Counted from the whole stretch's first letter, positions 14,538 through 27,860 are shown. The stretch is DNA of 63,874 nucleotides, filler included, from Octopus bimaculoides (GCF_001194135.2; 5 parts of 5 records of this genome joined end to end with filler, not necessarily neighbours in it), one strand, 5' to 3'. Numbers and translations: made by a program. Notes: generated by a model from the letters alone, not told the origin.

Positions 14538-15660
14538 TTTACACAAAGGCCTATAATGCTCTGAAGACGGCCCTGGAGGAGTAGAGTAGACGAATTTCAG
14601 TTTAGGCAGATTGGGCCCAAGTTATGTATTCTAGAGTAATTTGAAGTTGATCAATGATTAAGGAATTACCGGACAGCTTCGGTTTTGATGAGGTGGGGCT
14701 GTCAGTCCTCCACAACACAGCCCCCTAGTGGTCAGTTTAAGGACGGCCGTTGATTACACAGGTATTGGAGAGTGTATATGTTTTCTTGTGCGTATATATG
14801 ATTTTGTGTATGTATGCTTGTGTGTGAATCTGTGTACGTGTGTGTGTGTGTGTGTGTGTATGCTTTCGTGTGTTTGTATGTTTTGTGCGTGTGTGTATTT
14901 ACTTTTGCGCGCGCGTGTGAGTGTATGTATGTGTGTATATACTTTTGTGCATGCTTGTGTGTGCATGTGTATGCGTATGTATGTGTATGTGTGTGTGTGT
15001 GTGTGTGCATGCTTGCGACTACGCGCGTGTTAGTGCGTGTGCGAGCGCATAAATGTCCGTGTGCATGCGTGCGTGAGTGTGTACGTTAGTGCGAGTGTGT
15101 TTACGGAGTCAATGACATGCGGAATTACGATGTTAGCAATTAAAAGCTGAATCCTTGACGTCACCTCGTTTTGACTCGCTCATTATTTCCAGTCTCTCTA
15201 TGAAACTATAAACACCTGTACACACTTCTCTCTCTGCATGTGAGAGAGGGCGAGAGAAAGGCGGAACGTGTAACAGCTTCAGGCAATGTTTCCTGAAAAC
15301 CTTTTGTAATAATATTTTAATATTACATTCACTCACATCCACTCCATATGTTGTCCAATGGGGGGGGGGGNNNNNNNNNNNNNNNNNNNNNNNNNNNNNN
15401 NNNNNNNNNNNNNNNNNNNNNNNNNNNNNNNNNNNNNNNNNNNNNNNNNNNNNNNNNNNNNNNNNNNNNNNNNNNNNNNNNNNNNNNNNNNNNNNNNNNN
15501 NNNNNNNNNNNNNNNNNNNNNNNNNNNNNNNNNNNNNNNNNNNNNNNNNNNNNNNNNNNNNNNNNNNNNNNNNNNNNNNNNNNNNNNNNNNNNNNNNNNN
15601 NNNNNNNNNNNNNNNNNNNNNNNNNNNNNNNNNNNNNNNNNNNNNNNNNNNNNNNNNNNC

Positions 15661-15714
<54 letters not shown>

Positions 15715-15798
15715 CATACGCACACACATATCTATAATATAGATTTATACACACGCATACACACACATATATAAACACACACAAACACACACACACAA

Positions 15799-15832
<34 letters not shown>

Positions 15833-16046
15833 ATACACATGTATATACACATACACAGACATACGCATACACACAGAAACGCACACACGCATACGTACAC
15901 ACAGACATACATATACGTATACATACACAGGGTTGTTAGGGGTGGGGGTGCGCCATTTTGCATTTAGTCTCATTTCTCTGTCATAAAATTCATAATCTTT
16001 CTCTCCTTTTGTTTTTTTTTGCCGCTCATCATAATCATCATCATCA

Positions 16047-16084
<38 letters not shown>

Positions 16085-16087
16085 AAT

Positions 16088-16170
<83 letters not shown>

Positions 16171-17243
16171 TGATGATAATAATAATAGTAATAATTACTA
16201 TTATTATTATTATTATCCGCCCTAACCTTCATTCCGGTCGCAGTTCTTCCACCNNNNNNNNNNNNNNNNNNNNNNNNNNNNNNNNNNNNNNNNNNNNNNN
16301 NNNNNNNNNNNNNNNNNNNNNNNNNNNNNNNNNNNNNNNNNNNNNNNNNNNNNNNNNNNNNNNNNNNNNNNNNNNNNNNNNNNNNNNNNNNNNNNNNNNN
16401 NNNNNNNNNNNNNNNNNNNNNNNNNNNNNNNNNNNNNNNNNNNNNNNNNNNNNNNNNNNNNNNNNNNNNNNNNNNNNNNNNNNNNNNNNNNNNNNNNNNN
16501 NNNNNNNNNNNNNNNNNNNNNNNNNNNNNNNNNNNNNNNNNNNNNNNNNNNNNNNNNNNNNNNNNNNNNNNNNNNNNNNNNNNNNNNNNNNNNNNNNNNN
16601 NNNNNNNNNNNNNNNNNNNNNNNNNNNNNNNNNNNNNNNNNNNNNNNNNNNNNNNNNNNNNNNNNNNNNNNNNNNNNNNNNNNNNNNNNNNNNNNNNNNN
16701 NNNNNNNNNNNNNNNNNNNNNNNNNNNNNNNNNNNNNNNNNNNNNNNNNNNNNNNNNNNNNNNNNNNNNNNNNNNNNNNNNNNNNNNNNNNNNNNNNNNN
16801 NNNNNNNNNNNNNNNNNNNNNNNNNNNNNNNNNNNNNNNNNNNNNNNNNNNNNNNNNNNNNNNNNNNNNNNNNNNNNNNNNNNNNNNNNNNNNNNNNNNN
16901 NNNNNNNNNNNNNNNNNNNNNNNNNNNNNNNNNNNNNNNNNNNNNNNNNNNNNNNNNNNNNNNNNNNNNNNNNNNNNNNNNNNNNNNNNNNNNNNNNNNN
17001 NNNNNNNNNNNNNNNNNNNNNNNNNNNNNNNNNNNNNNNNNNNNNNNNNNNNNNNNNNNNNNNNNNNNNNNNNNNNNNNNNNNNNNNNNNNNNNNNNNNN
17101 NNNNNNNNNNNNNNNNNNNNNNNNNNNNNNNNNNNNNNNNNNNNNNNNNNNNNNNNNNNNNNNNNNNNNNNNNNNNNNNNNNNNNNNNNNNNNNNNNNNN
17201 NNNNNNNNNNNNNNNNNNNNNNNNNNNNNNNNNNNNNNNNNNN

Positions 17244-17288
<45 letters not shown>

Positions 17289-17626
17289 ATGCATATATAT
17301 GTATACATATGTGCATACCTATGTACATATGTATATGTATGTATTTATATACATATATACATACATACATACATACATACACACATACGAGAGGGACGAG
17401 AGGGAGTCTATGCCCGTTTAAGGCCTGTTCACACTGTTCGTGTCAACTCAGATCAGATCTGTCCACACACACACACAAGCACGTATGCACACATGCACAC
17501 AGATACACAAACACACCTATACACACACACACACACTCACACACAAACAGACACACCTCTACACACACACTCACACACACACACAAACACACCTATACAC
17601 ACACACCTATACATACACACACCTAT

Positions 17627-17658
<32 letters not shown>

Positions 17659-18660
17659 ACGGTAGACAGGTGGTGTGGTTCGGTTGATCAAAAAGATGTT
17701 TTAAGACATCAAAATATGAGTCAGAATTCGGTGAGGTAATATCACCTTATTTATAGAAGAGGGAGTGGCTGGCTGGCTGGTTGGTTGACTGGCTGGCTAG
17801 TTGGCACGTTGGTTAGTAGTGACTTTAATATGGTAGTAGTGGTGGTTGTAGTGTAGTGGTTATTTGGATGCGTGGTGGTGATGGAGGTGGTTTAATGTGC
17901 GAAGAGACCTTAAAGAGGAGGGCACAAACTCGCTATCTCTCACTTCCCCCGGATCTTTTTGGTTTGACGGTCAACATTTTTCATTTATGTTTTATGTAGT
18001 GTTTTTGGTACCGAAACACTTTCAAACTTCGTATACTTGTATATTTTGTTACAGAACAGATAAAAAAATTTGTATTCGAAGTTATTTCATGTTAAAAATT
18101 GTCTTATTTCGATAATTTCAACCAATCACTGACGTTTATTCAGTTGGATACAGTTACTGCTGTGGCGGTGTATATGGTATTAATCCCTTGTTGACATATT
18201 TCATCCGGTTTTTTGGTTTGTTTTCTTTTAAAGCAGACAAAATTACAGAAAAATGGTCATTTATACGCATATATTGTTTATATGATAAATTACGCAGTGT
18301 GTATCTGTGTTTGTAACAATTTTTCGCTAGTACTCAGTAACACATTTTCTAAATGATGGTAGAGTTTGATTTGAAAAGCCAGGTCTCCTGTATCTAGATA
18401 CATCCCTCCCTCCCTCCCTCTCTCTCTCTCTCTCTATCCTTCATCCATCTCCCCCGTCCCTCTATTCTACCGTCCCCCATCCCTCCTCTCTTCTATCCTT
18501 CTCATCAGTCTCGGTGGCTCTGTGGATGGCCATTGGCATCACCTTTCCTCCATACAAAATGGTAAAAATAAAACCACGCATTTTAAAAAGAAAAGGCAAC
18601 CTGATATAATGAGGCCACCACCGATGAAATTTCGAAGTCAACGTGAACAAGATATAATAC

Positions 18661-18770
18661 ATAGGTGCAGATATGGTTGTGTGGTAAATCGCCTGCTTTC
18701 CAACCAGATGGTTACCGGGTTCAGTCCCACTGTGTGGAATCTTGGGTTTCTATAGCCTGGGGCAGACATA
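18661..18770 (+). mobile_element. SINE family A head, partial
   Basis: aggtgcag..ggttgtgtggtaa...ggttcagtcccactg. Confidence 0.65.
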
Positions 18771-18779
18771 TCGCTATTT

Positions 18780-19270
18780 AAGAACAGAGAAGGTCCTACT
18801 TTGCAAATAAGATTGTAATTAGACTGAAACTTGTCGAAAGTTGTCTCCCTTTATCGCCAGAAAAATTAAAGGTGTTCATCACGGCCTTACGTTTTCTTTT
18901 CTTCTGCGACATGTATTATTTCTAGCTTAGAATATTAATGGTATCTATATGAAATACATTAACTTCAAACGAATAAGCAGTTATGGCTTGAATAGGGGCA
19001 CAAGAAAATAGTCAGAACTTTTGACTTTGTGGTCAATTATTCCACACTTTAACCTTACACCTATTGTGCTTCTTTCTGTAGTCGACGCCATATTCGCCTC
19101 TTTTTGAAATGGCTGTCTTGAAGAATTCAGTTGAATGATTTACAAGTTTCCTCAAAATGATATACAGTATTTCAAGGTTTGTGTAGACATTCTTTGAGCC
19201 ATTTCTAGTCATTCTATATTTTTTTTTTATTTCTTTTACCATTTCCATAATTTATTTCAAGTATTTCTCA
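18780..19270 (-). mobile_element. Possible Penelope-like remnant (post-RT region)
   Basis: SKNVYTNL...ILRK resembles the PLE PYSxNVxTN motif; weak. Confidence 0.3.
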
Positions 19271-19403
19271 ATTCTTCAACTGTTTACTGGAAATGGTGAG
19301 TAATCATTCCAAGAATTACTGGGGTAAATGTCTCTTGACCTTTTCGTCAAAGATATTCTGCGATTGGTTCCATCACTGTGTGTGTGTGTGTGTATGTGTG
19401 TGT

Positions 19404-19447
<44 letters not shown>

Positions 19448-19547
19448 NNNNNNNNNNNNNNNNNNNNNNNNNNNNNNNNNNNNNNNNNNNNTTAATTAAT
19501 TAANNNNNNNNNNNNNNNNNNNNNNNNNNNNNNNNNNNNNNNNNNNN
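19448..19547. other. Artificial scaffold linker 44N-TTAATTAATTAA-44N
   Basis: Identical 100-nt structure occurs four times; the 12-mer gives stops in all six frames. Confidence 0.95.
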
Positions 19548-19894
19548 TGTAATGGAAGTAGTTGATCTTTTGAAATAATCCTTTATTTCACAAGAATCTG
19601 TTTACAGAATGAAGAAGAAAAATAATAAAAGATGTTTTATTTGGATAGAATTTTCTTAAGTAAGAAGACAATGATGAGGAATTTAATTAGAAAAAGAAAA
19701 ATTGATAGAAATTACAACCTCGGCGTCATCATTGATTGGTTGGGAATATATTAATGACGGGTAGGTGAGTGGGGGGTGATGTGGGGGATATCGGAGGGGG
19801 TGTGGGGAGACATTGGTGAGGGGTGGGTGGATTCTGTGAAAAAAATATAACTTATTTCAGATGAGAAAATAATGGAGACTGAATCGTGAGTGAA

Positions 19895-20265
19895 TGTATA
19901 ACTAAACACATAAACACACGCCAAAACATATGAGTAAATGCTTAACTAAACACATTGGCTAAATAACTAAACATGTAGCTAAACACATGACCAATCGTAA
20001 ACGAAATACGTAACTAAATATGTAACATCTCGAATAATAAACACGTGACTTAACAGACAATTAAATATAACTAAACATTAAACAGACATTTAAACATATA
20101 ACTAAACATGTGACAAACTTGTGCAATTTACAATTAGGTGGAAATCTAAACACATCACTAAACACAAAACTGAACAACATTTCTAAACATATAAAAATAT
20201 ATACTTAGCTAAGAAACTATCATATAGACTTATCTAAACACTTGTAAACATATTAACACATAATC
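19895..20265. repeat. Degenerate (ACTAAACACAT)-like minisatellite
   Basis: Recurrent taactaaaca/ctaaacac units. Confidence 0.6.
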
Positions 20266-21158
20266 AAAGCTAAGTCCATCCAGTGGTACAACCTATCATT
20301 GCTCACGTGCACCAAAGACAACAGGGGAGTAAAATCCGGGAAGTTAAATAATTCCTTATTCCTCGATGTAGCCTGAAATTTCAGAGATGAACGGAGATCC
20401 ACCAAGGGTGATGACACTTCAAGTATTGAGAGAAACCATATTGGAGACGATCCTACCTAAATTTTACCGGACAGCGCCCATTTATTAGTCGAGATATGAG
20501 TTGTTGAAACGATTGTAAACTACGTAAAAAAATTCATATGGCTGACTCCTTCGATATATATATANNNNNNNNNNTGTATGTATGTATGCATGTATGTATA
20601 TATATATGTATGTATGTGTGTATGCAGTGTTTTTAAACCGATCCAGTGATCTGTTACTCTGGAGTTTCCACAACGATCTGCTGCTTTTTCAAATTAGTCC
20701 AAATGGGTTCTGTGCGATGTGTCTGAAGAAGTGGTGGTCCGCTATGGAATCGTCAGAGTAAAAGTTCAGTGGACGGGTTTCAGTTATTGCATTCTACGCT
20801 TGTATTGAGTTCTTCTTTTCAGGATCTTTGCGCAATAACCCCGAGAGTTGGGGGTGTCAAGGTCTCAGATTACAAACAAGAGGAAGATATTTACACAGTA
20901 GTGTAGTCGAGGGGGGGGGGCAAGGAATTTGCGTGTGTGAATGCGTACACGAATGTGTGTGTGTGTGTGAGTGTGTGTGTGAATGCGTACACGAATGTGT
21001 GTGTGTGTGAGAGTGTGTGTGTGTGTGTGTGTGTAGCCGCTAGACTACTCTCTGTCACGATTCAGAGTTTCGCAAAACGTAGTTGTAACAGGAGTAACAT
21101 CTGAGGACTGCAATACTTAAATATATATACACATAAACGTTTGCATACATGCACAAAC

Positions 21159-21197
<39 letters not shown>

Positions 21198-21394
21198 AAC
21201 AATATATGAGTATATGCATATATATGTACATGTGTGTATATACCTTCATCCACATGTACACATAGATACATAACTGGGTACATGACGTGGCAAAAGAACA
21301 TGGACAAAATGATAAACAAGGTACAACAAACAAGCAAGCCACATAGAAACATCTCCTTCATCAGCTGCCACCATTAAAACACCGGCGTTTCGAA

Positions 21395-21428
<34 letters not shown>

Positions 21429-21689
21429 CATACATACATGCACATCTATGTCCGTGTATATATGTATACACAAATACTTACAGACCCACACGTACACGTA
21501 CATATACACACACACGCATTTATTTATACACACACACACACACACACACACATACAAACACACACACACACGTACGTGTAATTATATATTTATATATGTG
21601 CACAGTGTTGTTTATGTATGTGTGTGCGTGCGTGTGTGCGTGCGTGTGTGTATATCTAAACGGCGATTATATATGTGGAGGTATATATA

Positions 21690-21751
<62 letters not shown>

Positions 21752-22789
21752 TGTGCTTGTGTGACGATGTATAACATTATGCATATATGTTTGTAGACAC
21801 GCTTAATTTAATTTACTTAGTGAATAATTTAGTAAATGGTAAGGAATGGACCAAAATCGAGAAATTTCCCTCCTAATTGATCATATGACTCATTTGATGA
21901 TGGCGGACAAATGAGAAATCTTGCTTTAACGTCTTACGCACACTCTCACTCTAACATCCCTCTCTCTCTCTTTCTCTCTTTCTCTCTCTCATTCTCTCAC
22001 TATATACATATATATATATATATATATANNNNNNNNNNNNNNNNNNNNNNNNNNNNNNNNNNNNNNNNNNNNNNNNNNNNNNNNNNNNNNNNNNNNNNNN
22101 NNNNNNNNNNNNNNNNNNNNNNNNNNNNNNNNNNNNNNNNNNNNNNNNNNNNNNNNNNNNNNNNNNNNNNNNNNNNNNNNNNNNNNNNNNNNNNNNNNNN
22201 NNNNNNNNNNNNNNNNNNNNNNNNNNNNNNNNNNNNNNNNNNNNNNNNNNNNNNNNNNNNNNNNNNNNNNNNNNNNNNNNNNNNNNNNNNNNNNNNNNNN
22301 NNNNNNNNNNNNNNNNNNNNNNNNNNNNNNNNNNNNNNNNNNNNNNNNNNNNNNNNNNNNNNNNNNNNNNNNNNNNNNNNNNNNNNNNNNNNNNNNNNNN
22401 NNNNNNNNNNNNNNNNNNNNNNNNNNNNNNNNNNNNNNNNNNNNNNNNNNNNNNNNNNNNNNNNNNNNNNNNNNNNNNNNNNNNNNNNNNNNNNNNNNNN
22501 NNNNNNNNNNNNNNNNNNNNNNNNNNNNNNNNNNNNNNNNNNNNNNNNNNNNNNNNNNNNNNNNNNNNNNNNNNNNNNNNNNNNNNNNNNNNNNNNNNNN
22601 NNNNNNNNNNNNNNNNNNNNNNNNNNNNNNNNNNNNNNNNNNNNNNNNNNNNNNNNNNNNNNNNNNNNNNNNNNNNNNNNNNNNNNNNNNNNNNNNNNNN
22701 NNNNNNNNNNNNNNNNNNNNNNGTGGTGGTGGTGGTGGTGGTGGTGGTGGTGGTGGTGGTTATAATAATTATTTGTAACATAAGCAAAA

Positions 22790-22950
22790 GGCCAGATATG
22801 TAAAGGGAGGGAGCCGTAGTCGATTAGATGGACCCCAGTACATCAGTGCTTCACTGGTTTTATCAACCCTGGAGAGAAGGAAAGCAAAGATGATGTTGAT
22901 GGGATTCGAACTCAGAATGTAAAGTTTGTATCAAGTTGTAAAATGTTAGC
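22790..22950 (-). mobile_element. SINE family B, diverged
   Basis: gaccccagtac...ctggttttatcaaccc...gaactcagaatgt. Confidence 0.6.
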
Positions 22951-23070
22951 TCAGAAACCATTAGAGTGACGTCACAGAAACCGTACAAGTCACGTTACAG
23001 AAACCATTCAAGTGACGTCACAGAAACCATACAAATGACGTCATAGAAACTATACAAGTGACGTCATGAT
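22950..23070. repeat. 23-bp tandem repeat (AAGTGACGTCACAGAAACCATAC) x5 containing four perfect CRE palindromes
   Basis: TGACGTCA at 22967, 23013, 23036, 23059; variant TCACGTTA at 22990; exact 23-bp period. Confidence 0.9.
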
Positions 23071-23234
23071 GAGGTCACTTTGTAAAAATTTGGCGGCAAC
23101 ACTCCAGACGAGCGGTACAGCCATGAAGCAGGAAAGTCTCTGAAGAACCTGGGTAACCGAAATATTGAATGACATTCTGACATCCAGTCAGACAGAACCA
23201 GTGAACATCACAGACCAAATATCGTTATATACGA

Positions 23235-23385
23235 CGTAAAAAGAGAGAATGACTTATAATAGACATTGAAATCGCTTCAGACAAACATATTACAAATAAG
23301 AAAATAGAAAAGACCTGGTAATATTCTGATTTAAAAGCGGAAATATCAGGAATATGAAGATGGCCACCAGTAAAAGTAAAAAAGG
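23235..23385 (+). mobile_element. Short R4-like RLE fragment
   Basis: IIDIEIASDKHITNKKIEK..YSDLKAEISGI resembles the D...EK..KY core of the copies at 59-62 kb. Confidence 0.5.
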
Positions 23386-23700
23386 CCAACAAGTTCGGGA
23401 GAGGGCATAAATCGATTACATCGACCCCAGTACGCAACTGGTACTTATTTTATCAACCCTTGAAGGATGACAGACATAGTCGGTCTCGGCAGAATTTGAA
23501 CTGAGAACGTAAAAACGAAATGTCGCTAAGCATTTGACCCGGCGTGCTAACGATTCTGCCAGCTCGTTGTCTTTGGTTTCAAATTTTGGCACAGGGCCAG
23601 CAAGTTCGGGGGAAGGGTTAAGTCGATTACATCGACCCCCAGTTTTCAGCTGGTATTTATTTTATCGACTCCTGAAGGATGAAAGGCAAAGTCTACCTGT
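23385..23700 (-). mobile_element. Two adjacent SINE family B copies (23385-23567 and 23578-23700)
   Basis: Both contain gtcgattacatcgacccc...ggtacttattttatc...gaaggatga. Confidence 0.75.
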
Positions 23701-23719
23701 AGCAAATCATATACAAGAG

Positions 23720-24060
23720 ACGAGAGAGACAACCTTGGTGAACCGAGAGCGCAATGCAAAACAGTTCCGATTGGTAACCTTTTATTTTGATCGCAAAACC
23801 GTGAATATTTCTGCTGGGTATTCCATAACTTCATGCAATTCCATCTATGCTACCGAAGACCAAACCTTTTTGATGAACAAAACAAGACAACCCCTCGACC
23901 TCTTGGGGGTAGTTGGGACGCTGCAGCCATGCAGCGTATCTGGGGTGGGAAAGACTGGCAGAGCCCGTCCTTCTCCAGGCTATGAACACTCCGGTTGATG
24001 AACACTATTGCTAAAATCTTTAACTATTTGGGAAAGAGTTATGGGTCTGAAATTGCGTAT
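23720..24060 (-). mobile_element. Tx1/L1-like RT fragment, heavily decayed
   Basis: NFRPITL..VKILAIV-like N-terminal RT motif read across frameshifts. Confidence 0.35.
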
Positions 24061-24294
24061 TTTGCCCCCCCCCCCCTTGTTCATAGTGTTCTTCAACAGC
24101 GTCAGCGCTTCTCAGCTCTTACAAACTTGAAACGTTTCCAGATTGCTGCCAGTTGCAATAGATAGCTGCCAAAACAGTAACGAACAAGGATACTATCAAT
24201 AAAAAAATAAGAAGAATAACAATAATAATAATAATAATAATCATTATGATAACAATCATAAAAGTAATTGTAAGAATAATGAATGTAATAACGC

Positions 24295-24439
<145 letters not shown>

Positions 24440-26366
24440 TGTGGCGATAATGATTGAGAGTTGATTGCTAATATTTGTAGGAGAATATTTTTTTCTCACT
24501 TTGCTGGAAGATAACGATATGAAATTAAATTGTTTGCAAATAATGTCAGCTGAACAATATGGATGGAGCTCGATGAAAACCATTGTTATTGCAATAATAA
24601 CATCGCTTGTCATATTGAAAAAAAACCAGGCAAGCGTAATGATAACTTAAGGAATATGGAAACATTGGAGGAGGGTGGAAACGATCGGATGAGAGAGCAG
24701 TAGGGAGAGAGGAGGAGGAGAGGGAGAGGAAGAAGAAGAAGAAGAAACCCAATTAAAACGAAAGTAGAAAAAAAGTCTTCTAAGATTTTTTTCTCTGGCT
24801 CTACTGGGGAATTATGGGTATTTTTCCTGTATTTACTGAAGTTAGCCATATTATACAGATCTTTTTTTCTTCTTTTCTTTCGTTAGTTCTAACGCGGTGG
24901 CTTTCATCTTTGCTGCGGATTGTTCTTTTCTAGTTTACATTACATTTTTTATCAGCGATTTTTTCTTTTATATTTCTTCGTTCACATATTCAGGTACACA
25001 CACACACACACAGGCGAGCGCTCGCTCGCATACACACGTTCATACAGAGACACATACATTTACAGGTGCAGTTACATAAACAGTCAGACACATATTCGCA
25101 AATAAACGGACACACATCCACGTAAATACATACAGTTTGTGTTTGCAGCTACACATACATACACACAAAGCAGACCAAAAAGAGTATACGCATATGCATG
25201 AGTACACATGCACACATGTACATACGTATATCGATTATATACATATATATATACATACACATGTGTGTTTATATATGTATGTATATATATATATATATAT
25301 NNNNNNNNNNNNNNNNNNNNNNNNNNNNNNNNNNNNNNNNNNNNNNNNNNNNNNNNNNNNNNNNNNNNNNNNNNNNNNNNNNNNNNNNNNNNNNNNNNNN
25401 NNNNNNNNNNNNNNNNNNNNNNNNNNNNNNNNNNNNNNNNNNNNNNNNNNNNNNNNNNNNNNNNNNNNNNNNNNNNNNNNNNNNNNNNNNNNNNNNNNNN
25501 NNNNNNNNNNNNNNNNNNNNNNNNNNNNNNNNNNNNNNNNNNNNNNNNNNNNNNNNNNNNNNNNNNNNNNNNNNNNNNNNNNNNNNNNNNNNNNNNNNNN
25601 NNNNNNNNNNNNNNNNNNNNNNNNNNNNNNNNNNNNNNNNNNNNNNNNNNNNNNNNNNNNNNNNNNNNNNNNNNNNNNNNNNNNNNNNNNNNNNNNNNNN
25701 NNNNNNNNNNNNNNNNNNNNNNNNNNNNNNNNNNNNNNNNNNNNNNNNNNNNNNNNNNNNNNNNNNNNNNNNNNNNNNNNNNNNNNNNNNNNNNNNNNNN
25801 NNNNNNNNNNNNNNNNNNNNNNNNNNNNNNNNNNNNNNNNNNNNNNNNNNNNNNNNNNNNNNNNNNNNNNNNNNNNNNNNNNNNNNNNNNNNNNNNNNNN
25901 NNNNNNNNNNNNNNNNNNNNNNNNNNNNNNNNNNNNNNNNNNNNNNNNNNNNNNNNNNNNNNNNNNNNNNNNNNNNNNNNNNNNNNNNNNNNNNNNNNNN
26001 NNNNNNNNNNNNNNNNNNNNNNNNNNNNNNNNNNNNNNNNNNNNNNNNNNNNNNNNNNNNNNNNNNNNNNNNNNNNNNNNNNNNNNNNNNNNNNNNNNNN
26101 NNNNNNNNNNNNNNNNNNNNNNNNNNNNNNNNNNNNNNNNNNNNNNNNNNNNNNNNNNNNNNNNNNNNNNNNNNNNNNNNNNNNNNNNNNNNNNNNNNNN
26201 NNNNNNNNNNNNNNNNNNNNNNNNNNNNNNNNNNNNNNNNNNNNNNNNNNTATATATATATATATATATATATCAACATTCACATACAGAGATACACACA
26301 CATATATGCATATACATACGTGTCTATGTACATATATAGATGCACACATATATACGTATGTACAAA

Positions 26367-26413
<47 letters not shown>

Positions 26414-26860
26414 CAGATATGTATATGTGTTTATATTCACCGTTCTACTCCTTGCAAAACTCAACGTCGTCTTCAGATCTTTAGGTGGTCGCTTGTTAAA
26501 ATTGTCACCTCTTTCATCAAATTTTAAACAGCTTTTACAAATCAGCCACCTCTGCAACTGCTGCTGCACATTCTGCTGCAAATTCTGCTGCACATTCTGC
26601 TGCACATGCTGTTGTTGTGCTTGTTGTTGGAATTATTCATTTAAAAACATTTCTTAATTTTCACTTTCTCTTTTATGAAATTTATGTATTAATAATTATG
26701 TAAGCAAAGATAGAACTGTTTAACGAATGAATACAGACATTTACACCAGCGCGCGCGCGCGTATATAATATTACAAGGCCAGAAGTTTCGGTGGAAGGGG
26801 CTAACCGATTACACCACCCCTAGTGCTCAGCCGGTACACACACACACACACACACACACA

Positions 26861-27446
26861 CAAGGTAATCTGTATCTCCAACTAACCCTAGATGTGTTAG
26901 AATACGGAAAACAGCGTTATTTACCTTGACTGACTTCCACCAGTTCATATGAGAAGTCCTCTCAAGGTAAATAACGAAGTATTCTTTGTTCTAACACAAC
27001 CTCCATGTTAAGTTGGAGATCAGGATTGCATTTTGGTATTAATACTGCTTCTGTTGCTCTTAATTATTTTTTGATAAGCCCACTGGACACCTGCGACACC
27101 AGTTAACGGTATACAGAATATCAGTATCTATTCACACACTGATATTCTACATACCGTTAACAGGGAGATTCGATTGTTATATTACTTCCGGACGTCTGCC
27201 ACTGAGGAGCACACAGCAGGGCGAAATTACGAGATCTGGCAGTTTTGGCGGCTGTAGCAGATGGTTCTCTTCTGTGAACATATATAAATACGAGTGCTTT
27301 TATGCACCACGAGTCCAGATGAGAGTTCCAGGTGTGGTTGTGTGATAAATAACTCAGTTTTTTGTATTATAGCACAACATCCACGTTAAGCCGAAGATAA
27401 CGATTGATTTTTGGTACTAACACTGCTTCTGTAGCTATTAATTATT
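26861..27446. repeat. Compound hairpin-rich element (probable non-autonomous DNA transposon)
   Basis: Foldback 26867-27027 including a perfect 15-bp IR (26915-26929/26962-26976); 24-bp stem 27102-27125/27138-27161; diverged direct repeat 26968-27068 vs 27346-27446. Confidence 0.75.
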
Positions 27447-27698
27447 AATTATATNNNNNNNNNNNNNNNNNNNNNNNNNNNNNNNNNNNNNNNNNNNNNN
27501 NNNNNNNNNNNNNNNNNNNNNNNNNNNNNNNNNNNNNNNNNNNNNNNNNNNNNNNNNNNNNNNNNNNNNNNNNNNNNNNNNNNNNNNNNNNNNNNNNNNN
27601 NNNNNNNNNNNNNNNNNNNNNNNNNNNNNNNNNNNNNNNNNNNNNNNNNNNNNNNNNNNNNNNNNNNNNNNNNNNNNNNNNNNNNNNNNNNNNNNNNA

Positions 27699-27860
27699 TA
27701 GGCGCAGGCACGGCTGTGTGGTAAGAAGCTTGCTTCCCAACCACATTGTTCCGTCCCACTGCGTGGCATCTTGGGCAAATGTCTTCTGCTATAGTCCTGG
27801 GCCAACCAAAGCCTTGTGAGTGGATTTGGTAGACGGAAACTGAAAGAAGCCCGTCGTACT
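27699..27860 (+). mobile_element. SINE family A 5' half
   Basis: ggcgcaggcacggctgtgtggtaagaagcttgc...gacggaaactgaaagaagcccgtcg. Confidence 0.8.

Noticed and set aside
15133-15345. Tc1-like motif (LHVPPFSRPLS)
   Set aside because: Weak resemblance to PPYSPDLNPIE with no other catalytic motifs nearby.
19492-19503. TTAATTAATTAA recurring four times (contains a PacI site)
   Set aside because: Always centred in 44N+44N; a synthetic six-frame-stop scaffold linker, not a biological motif.
22950-23070. 23-bp repeat as a CRISPR array
   Set aside because: Units are head-to-tail with no unique spacers; eukaryotic context and no cas genes. The same applies to the 62731-62995 repeats.
26440-26640. Gln-rich minus ORF (QQNVQQNLQQNVQQ)
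   Set aside because: It comes from a 12-bp CTGCTGCACATT microrepeat; no polypyrimidine acceptor or donor supports an exon.
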